Shown here in pieces: positions 11,401 through 19,379 of a DNA stretch of 64,000 nt; positions within the stretch are counted from its first letter, which is position 1, and each line of letters starts with the position of its first letter. The notes under the pieces were generated by a model. It made no database searches and was not told the DNA's origin. It saw only the letters and a list, made by a program, of their open reading frames with translations. Source of the stretch: Bdellovibrionota bacterium (GTDB lineage: Bacteria > Bdellovibrionota_C > UBA2361 > OMII01); NCBI GenBank assembly GCA_044360195.1, contig JBIKKT010000014.1, positions 919 to 64,918 of the forward strand, written 5' to 3'. The translations under genes were made by a program, and so were the position numbers.

Positions 11401-14354
11401 CCTCAGTGCGGGGCGCTCCAGAGGTACTATCGATTAACCGCCTACCACAGTCCGGCCTGTGGCGCTTCGGCATCTCAGGCGATCTCCCGATAGTGCTTGT
11501 GAAGGTAACAGACTCGCGCCAAACGAAGGTTGTGCAAGAGATCCTGCTTGCGCATCACTTTCTTCGTGAGCGCGGACTTGAGTTTGACCTCGTCGTCCTC
11601 CATACAAATCCAGGAACGTACATGCAACACCTGGCAGAGGATCTCGAGTATGTGGTGCGCCTAAGCCCAGCAGGACATCTGCTCGATAGACCCGGTGGGG
11701 TATTCTTGCGCTCGAGTTCGCAGATATCAGAGAGCGAAGCTGCGCTACTTGAGACTGTTGCACGCGTAGTAGTAACGGCTGAGATCGGCGGACTTGCTGA
11801 AACCCTCAAGACGGCAAGCTTTGATCAAAGCACTCCCACTCCTGTTCGTGCCACATACAAACGCAGCCCAGGCCGCGACCGAGGCGAACCAAGGCTTATT
11901 CTGGCGAACGGGATCGGAGGGTTCGTTCCCGCATCCAACCACTACCTCATGCCGCATATTGGACATTCGCGTCCGCCACTTCCGTGGGCGAATGTAGTGG
12001 CGAACCCGCACTTCGGTTTCATCACCACCGACTCGGGTGGAGGATACACGTGGTCCGAAAACAGTCGCGAGAACCGCCTTACGACGTGGGGCAACGATCC
12101 CGTTCTTGATCAACCAAGCGAAGTGGTGTACCTGCGTCGGTCAGATACCGGTGAGTATTGGTCCCTTACTCCAGCTCCAGCTGGAGCTGGGCTCGACTAC
12201 CACGTCGAGCACGGCTTTGGATCCTCATCGTACGCAACCGCTAACGCTGGGATAGAGTCCAAGCTTGAAATCACCGGCTCGGTAAGTGAGCGCGTGAAAT
12301 GGCTCAGCATTACGCTATCGAACACGGAAGCAGTTGAGCACAAGCTTGAGCTTTATTTCTACGCTGAAATCGTTCTCGGCGTCAGCAGAGAAGAGAGCTA
12401 CCGTTATGTAACAACCGGATTCGATCTCTCGAGTCAGGTACTGTACGCAGTGAACCACTACAACAATGAATTTGCTGGACGTGTTGTCGCACTCGGTTCA
12501 AGTGAACCAGTTGTGACCCATACCGGTTCACGCCTCGAATTCCTGGGGCGAAATGGTGATGCAACTCGACCAGCAGCCCTCGAACGTGGGGCAGTCACTC
12601 CATTTTTCGCCTCCAAACCAAAGCCTATTAAACTTTCGGGGAAAACTGAGGCGGGTCACGATCCTTGCGCAGTACTCCACGTAAGTATAGCTCTCAAGCC
12701 TAAAGAGGAGCGCACCCTGCACTTCTTTATCTCGGAGTCTCCGAACATGGACGCTATGCGGCGCGAGACCGCTCGCTACCGTAGCCTACAAACTCAAAAA
12801 GTTGAGGCTCAGGCGGTGACACAGTGGTGGAACACCCTTCTATCGGCTGTATCAGTAAAGACTCCAAGCGAATCATTCAATGTGATGATGAATAGCTGGC
12901 TCCTCTACCAGACGGTCTCATGTCGTCTATTTGGCAGGTCAGCTTTCTATCAGAGCGGCGGTGCTATCGGCTTTCGAGACCAACTACAGGATTCTTTGGC
13001 ACTGCTTGCTATCAGACCTGAAGTTGTTCGTAATCAGATTATTCTTCATGCAGCGCGCCAATTCCGAGAAGGAGATGTACAGCATTGGTGGCATCCACCA
13101 ACTGGGCGTGGTGTTCGTACAAGGATCTCTGACGATCTACTGTGGCTTCCTTACGCTGTTGGACGATACATCGAGGCAACCGGCGATTATTCGATCCTCA
13201 ATCACCACGTGCCATTCTTGCACGGGGCAGCTCTCGCTGAAGATCAGATGGAAAACTACTTTACCCCTGAACAGAGCGCTGAGGAGGGGACGATCCTTGA
13301 GCACTGTATGCGCACCTTTAAGGCGACCGCCGCTGTGGGTTCTCACGGACTCCCCCTTATAGGGTGTGGCGATTGGAACGATGGAATGAATGAGGTGGGA
13401 CGCCACGGAAAAGGAGAGAGCGTGTGGCTTGCGTGGTTCCAGATCGAGGTCATTAATCGATTTGCTCCAGTGCTCGAAGCTCAGGGTGATTCTGAGAATG
13501 CCTCGAACTTGCGGTCGCGTGCTCAAGCGCTCCAAGAAGCCGCCGAGCAATCAGCATGGGATGGGCGGTGGTATCGCCGAGCTTTCTACGACGACGGTAC
13601 ACCGATCGGAAGCAATCAGAACGATGAGTGTCGGATCGATTCACTCGCTCAAACCTGGTCAGTCATAAGCGGAGCTGGTGATGCTACTCGTACGGCATCA
13701 GCGATGCAGTCGATGAACGATGAGCTTGTTGATACTGAAGGTGGTCTCATAAAGCTCCTCACCCCACCCTTTGATAAGACCGCAAAGAACCCGGGATATA
13801 TCAAGGGATACCCCCCAGGGATTCGCGAGAACGGAGGACAATACACACACGCCGCCGCGTGGGCCATCATAGCGACTGCAATGCTCGGCAAAGGAACGAA
13901 AGCATTCCAGCTCTTTGATCTGATAAATCCGATTAACCACACGAGCGACGCAACGGGTGTAGAGACATACCGGGCAGAGCCTTATGTCATGTGCGGCGAT
14001 GTGTACTCGGAGGGAGATCTCCGTGGTCGCGCTGGATGGAGCTGGTATACCGGCTCGTCCGGATGGCTCTACCAGGCTGGTCTTGAGTACATTATAGGAC
14101 TCAAGGTGCACCCAACGTCATTTACCATCGACCCGGTCATTCCCGCTGAATGGTCGGACTTTAGCGTCACGCTGCGTCGCGCTCAAAGAAGCTTTACGAT
14201 AGCCGTATCCAATGAAGCTGGCGTTGAAAGAGGCGTGCATTTAGTAGAGATAAACGGAGTACCAATCTCAGGCAACACCGTTGCATATGAGGACCCAAGC
14301 TACGGAGCAGAGGTGGTAGTTCGTGTTGTGATGGGTGCTCCATCGGTTACGTAG
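5496..14354 (+). CDS. ndvB: Cyclic beta-1,2-glucan synthase (NdvB/ChvB/Cgs type: membrane GT84 glycosyltransferase plus C-terminal GH94 phosphorylase-like region)
   Basis: 2952-aa single ORF with a GTG start. The N-terminal AEWLLDNYHVVERH motif is typical of NdvB-type proteins. The transmembrane block is followed by ITLDSDSQL and RWVRGDWQLLPW glycosyltransferase motifs. The C-terminal GH94 hallmarks are GFRDQLQDS, GCGDWNDGMN and ENGGQYTHAAAW. The size matches known Cgs proteins (~2800-2900 aa). Confidence 0.9.
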   Translation: MTTPFSLFAPVSSSLATLKEKLLSAPLFSGPETPWRPQVLSREALGELALSIAEQHRGTFVVTRSTRLLTTYNANRAMLRRVYLRLAEAAHKGETLTAGAEWLLDNYHVVERHAAAIKKYLPWSFYRTLPKFTQGELKGFPRVYHLALEFIMHTDAALDSQLASFFLGAYQQKLELSSGELWAFPIMLRFALLENLRRLTREAERELLARRDVFSLVDTVLGDESRTGTEIMVELARRLSERESFLPHGALELLRRLRGRGRKAFMALQFLEEALRERGLDPEDLLRAEDHNQAARQISVGNTLTSLTAIDQMNWREWFEGVSLADRVLKGDPANLYARSDFPTRDALRHEVELLAKALKTSDSQVSTVVVQCAKEAATNHPGTDPQSLVEKHVGHFLIAEGRSKLERKLNYTPPLHRSITRFLTRHALGTYLGSFALISFLLLGYVCLISEWAEASALLLLTTLLIGLLPVSELASSLVQYLVSRWVIPRPLPKLSLEGSIPPELKTLVVVHTIFSSPGSVQRAIDGLEVRFLANDDPAFTFVLMADLPDARTEQTSLDDSIIAAAAEGIETLNQRHAANGAKRFLLFFRSRLWNPHEGAWMAWERKRGKLEELNRYLLGDTSTTLHLVVGEHEQLKGVKYVITLDSDSQLSRDVAKKLVATISHPMNRPVIDPRVNRVVRGYAFIQPRVTISLTSATNSFFSRLFSGQAGLDPYTNVVSEVYQDLFGEGSFWGKGIYDVESFERVLHNRVPENALLSHDLFEGSFARVALASDIELYDDFPSRYMAYSKRLHRWVRGDWQLLPWLNVSVPTRSGRAQNQLSWLSLWKMFDNLRRSLLPPASLLAILGGWLFLPGGPLVWTVLILLVMTFPMFTGLASVFALPSVGISIGGFLGDIGRDLWRNTIRALCGIAFLPHQAGLMLHAISVTLYRVYVSKNNLLEWEPAERSERRGKNEHRDFLRLFALPMAAATVACVVAALEDKSTLSFSLPIMALWLSSPWLARLASQPTEASTAKASEADERYLRAAAYDTWRFFDDHLREEFNYLMPDNLQIIPKEIIAERTSPTNVSLSILSVISAYDLGFIPFTDAIARVSHTIATMTRMEKYRGHLFNWYAICSLAPLHPRYISTVDSGNLLGHLYTFLTILEGAGKTPLLTAAHAYALRAALNDCGSGITALEATLTPPLSALRREVNDESSCQGTAWVAAVTNLAPDFTTRLREAAESLPENKAALLKVAYLLDHIRKTSDCLGWVVALQELVALTRRAPEAEKVRSSAEFAALATKATKAFHIASRSTLSPEQIEDLASDLLPDLQAVVVHAPSAEIQNVAERVVNLLERAQKTIREFTDLITNIKEQVGVLIRDMDFSFLFDEGRSLFTIGFNTEHARRDSSFYDLLASEARLLSFLAVARGEVSQKHWFSLGRSLATTPGGKALISWSGTMFEYLMPFVVMKDFPTTILGRTGRAVVGAQIAYGRRQSVPWGISESAYSGVDFEKTYQYRAFGVPGLGLKRGLSEDLVVSPYSTFLALPFIGSTDIAVDNLRLLEQQGARGVYGFYEAVDYTPSRHLRADGKHVVQSFFAHHQGMSLVSINNALNDSIMCERFHAQPIVKSTELLLHERFPDRVATIVPHEPELATIQREEAPKEEPGLEIVTSPNTVAPRVRILSNGRYSVMVDSSGAGFSSFDRSIVLTRWREDPTSSPLGSFIYVHDVKSDHLWSVAYQPTRSEPDSYEAIFSPGRAEFKRFDQKVFVHTEITVAPEDDVELRRVTVTNLGDTEREFDVISYIEPVLNQRRADYAHPAFNKLFVRAEVLKDYDAIMFSRRPRTEHEKEIFFFHRVTLKTSYAPIIFETSRADFIGRGGSLERPAALTRPGKQITSAESSIDPLASLRCRIRLEPGASETLVFVSGAARVRKDAQLLLERYQELMHVNRAFELSWSRAQVELRSHAYTASQADLFHRLAGCLFYNEASVRGAPEVLSINRLPQSGLWRFGISGDLPIVLVKVTDSRQTKVVQEILLAHHFLRERGLEFDLVVLHTNPGTYMQHLAEDLEYVVRLSPAGHLLDRPGGVFLRSSSQISESEAALLETVARVVVTAEIGGLAETLKTASFDQSTPTPVRATYKRSPGRDRGEPRLILANGIGGFVPASNHYLMPHIGHSRPPLPWANVVANPHFGFITTDSGGGYTWSENSRENRLTTWGNDPVLDQPSEVVYLRRSDTGEYWSLTPAPAGAGLDYHVEHGFGSSSYATANAGIESKLEITGSVSERVKWLSITLSNTEAVEHKLELYFYAEIVLGVSREESYRYVTTGFDLSSQVLYAVNHYNNEFAGRVVALGSSEPVVTHTGSRLEFLGRNGDATRPAALERGAVTPFFASKPKPIKLSGKTEAGHDPCAVLHVSIALKPKEERTLHFFISESPNMDAMRRETARYRSLQTQKVEAQAVTQWWNTLLSAVSVKTPSESFNVMMNSWLLYQTVSCRLFGRSAFYQSGGAIGFRDQLQDSLALLAIRPEVVRNQIILHAARQFREGDVQHWWHPPTGRGVRTRISDDLLWLPYAVGRYIEATGDYSILNHHVPFLHGAALAEDQMENYFTPEQSAEEGTILEHCMRTFKATAAVGSHGLPLIGCGDWNDGMNEVGRHGKGESVWLAWFQIEVINRFAPVLEAQGDSENASNLRSRAQALQEAAEQSAWDGRWYRRAFYDDGTPIGSNQNDECRIDSLAQTWSVISGAGDATRTASAMQSMNDELVDTEGGLIKLLTPPFDKTAKNPGYIKGYPPGIRENGGQYTHAAAWAIIATAMLGKGTKAFQLFDLINPINHTSDATGVETYRAEPYVMCGDVYSEGDLRGRAGWSWYTGSSGWLYQAGLEYIIGLKVHPTSFTIDPVIPAEWSDFSVTLRRAQRSFTIAVSNEAGVERGVHLVEINGVPISGNTVAYEDPSYGAEVVVRVVMGAPSVT

Positions 14355-14389
14355 TTGGGCGCCTCATGGCACCCAACCCTTGCTTTTAC
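14354..14389 (+). terminator. Candidate intrinsic terminator after the glucan synthase gene
   Basis: GTTGGGCGCC-TCAT-GGCACCCAAC forms a 10-bp stem with one mismatch and overlaps the stop codon. It is followed by CCTTGCTTTTAC, a weak U-tract. Confidence 0.35.
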
Positions 14390-14413
14390 AAACAGGATAG
14401 TTAAGCTTGTGGG

Positions 14414-14875
14414 ATGCGCATTTCAGAGCTAGCTCAGTCACTCGCTACCCACGGCGATTCACACATCCGATTCAGGCTGCCAGCTGGTGAGCTCGTTCCC
14501 GCGCACGCTCACGTAACGGAGGTAGCGCGCATCAGCAAACGATTCATCGACTGTGGTGGGACCTTTCGCGAAGATGCCATGTGTCGCCTACAAACGTGGG
14601 TTGCTGACGACTACGATCACCGCCTCACGGCGGGAAAACTCGCTAAGATTATCGAGAAAGCTCAAGCTATCTTAAACCACGAGGACCTCGAAGTAGATAT
14701 CGAGCACGACCTCGGCTACGTCACTCAGTTTCCACTTGCGGGCGTTGAGGTGCATGAGAACGAGCTTATACTTGTCCTCCAAGGGAGGAACACAGCGTGC
14801 CTTGCCCCCGAACTGTGCTGCCCTCCCCCAACATCCGGTGCAACCGTTGTCGCACTAGGGCGCCGCAGTAAGTAA
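14414..14875 (+). CDS. DUF6428-family protein
   Basis: 153 aa. The motifs VPAHAHVTEV, KRFIDCGGTFRED, QTWVADDYDHRL and C-terminal TACLAPELCC match my recollection of the DUF6428 family, which is usually seen in ars operons. Confidence 0.65.
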   Translation: MRISELAQSLATHGDSHIRFRLPAGELVPAHAHVTEVARISKRFIDCGGTFREDAMCRLQTWVADDYDHRLTAGKLAKIIEKAQAILNHEDLEVDIEHDLGYVTQFPLAGVEVHENELILVLQGRNTACLAPELCCPPPTSGATVVALGRRSK

Positions 14876-14957
14876 TCGTTCGGCACCCCCTTTATAAATA
14901 CCACCTCGTTCCCGCCGCAGAAGGATGGTAAAAGAGCCCTAATAGGGAGAACACGGC

Positions 14958-16898
14958 GTGAGAGAGATTTTTTTTGATGACATCGGAACATACACAATTA
15001 TCATCGCGTTGGTAGTAGCATTAGTTTTCCCAGCACGTCGTCGCGGATTTCTGCTGTTTGCGACACTCGCCGCAGCTATTTTTGTCGCAACTAAAGGGTT
15101 TTTAAACGAGGCGGGTGGTCAGCCACTATTTGCAGACGACCACCCCTCTTTCATCTTCCGATTGGCCCAACTCAAAGAGCAGTTTCCATTTATACCTTTC
15201 TACAATCCACTCTGGAACGCCGGCGTCGAAGCACGCGAGTTCTTCCCATCGGGCGTACTAAACCTCTTTCTCCTTGCATCACCACTCGTCTACCTCTTTC
15301 CTGTTGAATCGATCTACAACCTGATCGTTATCGGACTCCTGTTCTTCATGGTGCCAGGTCTAGGTCTTGTGCTCGCACGCTACAGTGGCATGGGGGCGGT
15401 TGGCTCTGCGACGGCAGCCCTACTCATGATGGGTGCTTCGCTGATGTGGTACAAGTGGGCGCTCACGTTTGGAACCATGGGCTTTTGTGTTTCCGCAGCT
15501 TTAGCTCCCCTTGTTGTTCTGCTCGCTGCACGTGCCTTAAATCCGGATATCTCACGCCACTGGTCTGAGCGAGTGGTACTAACGGCAGCTCTCACGCTTA
15601 ACGTACTCTGGACACCAGCAGCCCTGTTGTTAGCCCCTCTAAGTATGGTGGGTCTAGTACGCCTCCCCAAACTGCTCAAGGTCCGGTCTTTTCGGTGGAT
15701 GGTTCTAGCAATTGTGCTGATTAATGCACCATGGCTAGCGATCTTTATCGATGCCTCAAATGTTTTTTCATTCGTATCGTCTACTGGAAATACTCACGGC
15801 GAATCAGCTAAAAAGGTTGTTGCCATCACCCTTACCTCATTCAAAAAGGGGCTTATCAGCCAAGCCACAGCGATGAATCCACTTCTATGGCTGGGCCTAC
15901 TACCTGGATTTCGAATCCTCTGTACCACAACAGGTGGCTGGCTATACGTCGGCTCCTGCCTCTGGGCACTTCTACTAGGGGTATGTGGACCATTGGTGGT
16001 TCCTCAACTTGAGTTAGACCGCTTCTTCGTTATATTTGCCCTTATGCTCCCCCTCCCAGTTGCAAGCTGGGTAGATTCACTACACACCCGTATCGTAACG
16101 CGTCGTGCCAATAGGTCTACAACTCTCCGCTCGTGGCTACAACCCTACACATCGCTCTCCTCGCTTACCGCTATCGCTATAGTGGCGAGTTTACTCCTCT
16201 TGCCCACCTTCATGTGGCGACTCATTCACTTTAAAACCGCGGTAAAATATTTCTTCGCCGACCGAATCGTACAAGATTTCTCTGCAACCCTTCGCAACCT
16301 TGACGGGGATGGTCGCATACTATTCTCAGGCTTTATCCTGCACGACTTCAGCGGTGGCCACATCGCCCCGTTGGCGTACCTCACCAAGCGCCCACTCATC
16401 GCATCCCGGTATCAACACGACCGCTGGCACCGCACCGATGCCATCCCAGATGGATATCGCGAACGCTCAGATGAGGGAGTCAGGGAGTACCTCTCCCTGA
16501 TGAATGCGTCGTACGTGGTAGCCCACGAGAAGTTTTGGAGGGAGTGGTTCTCTGCTCGTCCTAGTGAGTATACCCTGCTTGAGAAGAAGGGGCATTTCTG
16601 GATCTTTAAGCGGGTCGATTACACCCCCAGCTATTTCCTTAAGGGCACAGGAGAGGTCCTATCCCAAAACGGCTCATCCGTGGTGCTAAGACCCCATCAA
16701 GACTCGGTTGTTATTAAATTCAATTATTATAGACACCTAAAGAGCTCTGACTGCACGGTAGCCCCCTATCCGGTCTCCAGCCAGGTAACCTTTATCGAAT
16801 TGAGGGGCTGCAAGGGAGCTGGTCCGGTCCAACTCTCAGCGGTTAACCCATTAGAAAGGTTGCGTTCTCTTATCCCCTCAGGTACAAGCGAAAGATGA
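14958..16898 (+). CDS. Polytopic integral membrane protein with a soluble C-terminal domain (possibly a GT-C-like glycosyltransferase; speculative)
   Basis: 646 aa with a GTG start preceded by GGGAGA. About 10 or more hydrophobic helices span the first ~430 aa, followed by a ~200-aa soluble tail. The 3' end overlaps the next gene by 4 nt (ATGA). Confidence 0.55.
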   Translation: MREIFFDDIGTYTIIIALVVALVFPARRRGFLLFATLAAAIFVATKGFLNEAGGQPLFADDHPSFIFRLAQLKEQFPFIPFYNPLWNAGVEAREFFPSGVLNLFLLASPLVYLFPVESIYNLIVIGLLFFMVPGLGLVLARYSGMGAVGSATAALLMMGASLMWYKWALTFGTMGFCVSAALAPLVVLLAARALNPDISRHWSERVVLTAALTLNVLWTPAALLLAPLSMVGLVRLPKLLKVRSFRWMVLAIVLINAPWLAIFIDASNVFSFVSSTGNTHGESAKKVVAITLTSFKKGLISQATAMNPLLWLGLLPGFRILCTTTGGWLYVGSCLWALLLGVCGPLVVPQLELDRFFVIFALMLPLPVASWVDSLHTRIVTRRANRSTTLRSWLQPYTSLSSLTAIAIVASLLLLPTFMWRLIHFKTAVKYFFADRIVQDFSATLRNLDGDGRILFSGFILHDFSGGHIAPLAYLTKRPLIASRYQHDRWHRTDAIPDGYRERSDEGVREYLSLMNASYVVAHEKFWREWFSARPSEYTLLEKKGHFWIFKRVDYTPSYFLKGTGEVLSQNGSSVVLRPHQDSVVIKFNYYRHLKSSDCTVAPYPVSSQVTFIELRGCKGAGPVQLSAVNPLERLRSLIPSGTSER

Positions 16899-18277
16899 TT
16901 TCGGAGCGTATTTTAGTAACGGGTGCAGGGGGATTCGTTGGTTCAGAAGTTGTAAGGCAACTTCGGGCCGAGGGTCGAACTGTGCGTGCGATGGTGCGTT
17001 CTACTACGCAGGCCGAGGAGCTACGAAAGACGGGCGCAGAGGTTGTCATAGCTGACCTCAAGGACCGAGAAGCTGTTACCGCCGCCACCCAGGGCGTCTC
17101 ATCAGTTATTCACATAGCAGCGCTCTTTAGGCAGGCTGGACTACCCGAATCTGAATTTTATCAGGTCAACGTTGAGGGAACACGGTGGCTACTCGATGCA
17201 GCGATCGCTGCAGGGGCATCACGTTTCATTCACTGCTCAACAGTCGGCGTTCACGGAGATATCGAGAATCCACCGGCAAACGAAAACTATCCGTACAGCC
17301 CTGGTGACATGTACCAACGGAGCAAAACCGAGGGAGAGCAGTTGGTACTTCGGTATTTCTCTGAGAACAGGATCTCTGGCGCAGTTATTAGACCAGCGAT
17401 GATCTACGGACCGCATGATCGACGCACCTTAAAACTGTTCAAGATGGTGTCTCAGGGTCGCTTCTTCTATATCGGATCGGGGAACGCTCTTGTTCACTTC
17501 GTTGATGTGCGCGATGTAGCCCTTGGATTCAGGTTGGCGCTCGACAATCACAACGTAACAAACGAAGCCTTTATCATCGGCGGGCCACAATCACTACCGC
17601 TCCGTGCATTTGTATCGGATGTGTGCGAGATACTTCAGATAAAGAGGCCGTGGCTACACCTCCCTGTTAAGCCACTTCAGTTATTAGGCACTATCTGCGA
17701 AGCGATCTGCACACCGCTGCGCATAGATCCACCGATCTACCGCAGGCGGGTTGATTTTTATACGAAGAACCGCTCATTCGATTGCTCTAAGGCCGCTCGA
17801 CTCCTCGGCTATACTCCAACGCAAAACAGCTATGGTGAGCTTGTAGATATTATTAACTCCTACATCGCCGAAGGGATAATAAAGGGAGAGCCTCTCTCTA
17901 AACCCTGCACCATAACTCGAAGCTTGGAAGGACGCATTGAGGAGGTCGACGCTGCTACAGAGCAGCTTTACGGAGTAACAGGCGAAACCCTCATAGGAAA
18001 GGTAAGTCACTCTGTCCTACAGACGGTTTTCCCGCGACCACTAGACCAGATAAACAATCAACTCCGCGAGAAGGGTAAGTGGGCCGGCAATCTCCTTCAC
18101 CGCACAGCTTCAGGTGAAGAGGTGAGCGTTTTCAGCTGCTGGGAGCTAAAAACTTCAGCAAGCGGCCAACCTGTTGTAGTCGAAACAAACCGATTACGCC
18201 TCAAGGGAAAAGGCATGCCCTGCCCTACTGAATCCAAAGCGCCAGCACCTGCCGGGCTAGTATCCTCAGCTACATAA
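16895..18277 (+). CDS. NAD-dependent epimerase/dehydratase (extended SDR) fused to a C-terminal PAS-like domain
   Basis: Rossmann motif VTGAGGFVGSEVV and catalytic YQRSK (YxxxK) are present. The last ~110 aa (EEVDAATEQLYGVTGETLIGKVSHSVL...GKWAGNLLHRTASGEEVSV...VVVETN) follow a PAS consensus pattern. Confidence 0.8.
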   Translation: MISERILVTGAGGFVGSEVVRQLRAEGRTVRAMVRSTTQAEELRKTGAEVVIADLKDREAVTAATQGVSSVIHIAALFRQAGLPESEFYQVNVEGTRWLLDAAIAAGASRFIHCSTVGVHGDIENPPANENYPYSPGDMYQRSKTEGEQLVLRYFSENRISGAVIRPAMIYGPHDRRTLKLFKMVSQGRFFYIGSGNALVHFVDVRDVALGFRLALDNHNVTNEAFIIGGPQSLPLRAFVSDVCEILQIKRPWLHLPVKPLQLLGTICEAICTPLRIDPPIYRRRVDFYTKNRSFDCSKAARLLGYTPTQNSYGELVDIINSYIAEGIIKGEPLSKPCTITRSLEGRIEEVDAATEQLYGVTGETLIGKVSHSVLQTVFPRPLDQINNQLREKGKWAGNLLHRTASGEEVSVFSCWELKTSASGQPVVVETNRLRLKGKGMPCPTESKAPAPAGLVSSAT

Positions 18278-18422
18278 GGTCTTAGCAGCGCTAAAAACCA
18301 CTGGGAAAGCAGCCCATCACGACCGCGAAGCTTCTAGCTTCGCCAAGTACTTCGGTGACTGCCGTAATTTACTAGCGGAGCTGGAAGCTCCGCGGTCCAG
18401 GAGGCGGCGGGGATTCACCCGA

Positions 18423-18453
18423 TACCTCGGCGGCCACCGAGGTAGCTTTTTTT
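18423..18453 (+). terminator. Rho-independent terminator
   Basis: TACCTCGG-CGGCCA-CCGAGGTA is a perfect 8-bp stem, followed by GC and a run of 7 T. Confidence 0.6.
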
Positions 18454-18527
18454 GCATGAGTTATGCTACGTCCTACCTCACAGGGTGCATAACTCACCTT
18501 TAGGACCGAAGTCGAAACAGGGGCAAT

Positions 18528-19319
18528 ATGTTTCAAGATATAAAGAACACGGTTGGAAGATGGGGTGCGATAGCAACTGCGGCACTAGCCTTAGCAGGAT
18601 GCTCCCGAAATGGCCCAGAAACGGCACCGGCTAAGGAGCCTCTATCCCTCACAAATACTTCCCTTCCTGCAGCGCCACGCATATCTCCCGACCCACGAAT
18701 TATCGCCGTACTAAAAGACCAAAAGCTCCCTGCCCAGGTTCTTCAGGCGCTGAAAAACCCAGATGTGCAATCAACACTTCATCGCATCGCGACCAGTGCC
18801 GAAAATCCTGAGTCGTACGTGCGAAATGCGCCCTACGCAAGCCAGGAATGCGTCGTGGTGCTCCAGCATCTGCTAAACATGGGTCGAGGGGCAGCTATCA
18901 CAAATGCACTTAATTATGCAGCACAACGCGAGCAGACTGCTCGCCAAATGCACGCATCTGATGCCCCTAGAGCCGAGCGGTACCGACAAGAAGCTGAAGG
19001 GATGCGGCGCTATGCAACGCGAGCTCCTGGAGCTTTAAAGCTAGACGGCGACTATGGAGTTGCTAGTCACAATCTACGAGGGTTCATCACGATGGTGAAC
19101 AATACGACATCTGGTGGGCAGTTCCAGCATGTGCGGGTGGATAAAGGAGCAAATGATACAGCGATTGGGCCTAAGACCCTTAATCTTCTCTTTCGAAACG
19201 ACCGGGGACTTGGTTATCTTCTCCTAGCTGATCCCGCAACGTACCGGGTATCGCTTGATTCCCCTACGAACGGTCAAGCTGCTACCAACGGTGTCGGCAA
19301 AGCATTGCACGGCAAGTAA
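18528..19319 (+). CDS. Lipoprotein, function unknown
   Basis: 263 aa. A signal sequence with lipobox LALAGC is present and AGGGG lies upstream of the ATG. I recognise no confident domain. Confidence 0.6.
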   Translation: MFQDIKNTVGRWGAIATAALALAGCSRNGPETAPAKEPLSLTNTSLPAAPRISPDPRIIAVLKDQKLPAQVLQALKNPDVQSTLHRIATSAENPESYVRNAPYASQECVVVLQHLLNMGRGAAITNALNYAAQREQTARQMHASDAPRAERYRQEAEGMRRYATRAPGALKLDGDYGVASHNLRGFITMVNNTTSGGQFQHVRVDKGANDTAIGPKTLNLLFRNDRGLGYLLLADPATYRVSLDSPTNGQAATNGVGKALHGK

Positions 19320-19336
19320 CATTGCACGGCAAGTAA
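19303..19336 (+). repeat. Perfect 17-bp tandem duplication (CATTGCACGGCAAGTAA x2) spanning the stop codon of the lipoprotein gene
   Basis: Read directly from the sequence: copy 1 is 19303-19319 and copy 2 is 19320-19336. Confidence 0.9.
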
Positions 19337-19379
19337 TACGATAGCTAACGCTATCACTTACGACACACCAGAGAACGAG

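Noticed and set aside
18278-18422. Possible SRP (4.5S) RNA, because of GGGAAAGCAGCC and GGTCCAGGAGG strings
   Set aside because: The conserved GGAA tetraloop/AGCA helix-8 motif (GGUCCGGAAGGAAGCAGCC) is not reproduced. The ends do not form the long closing helix.
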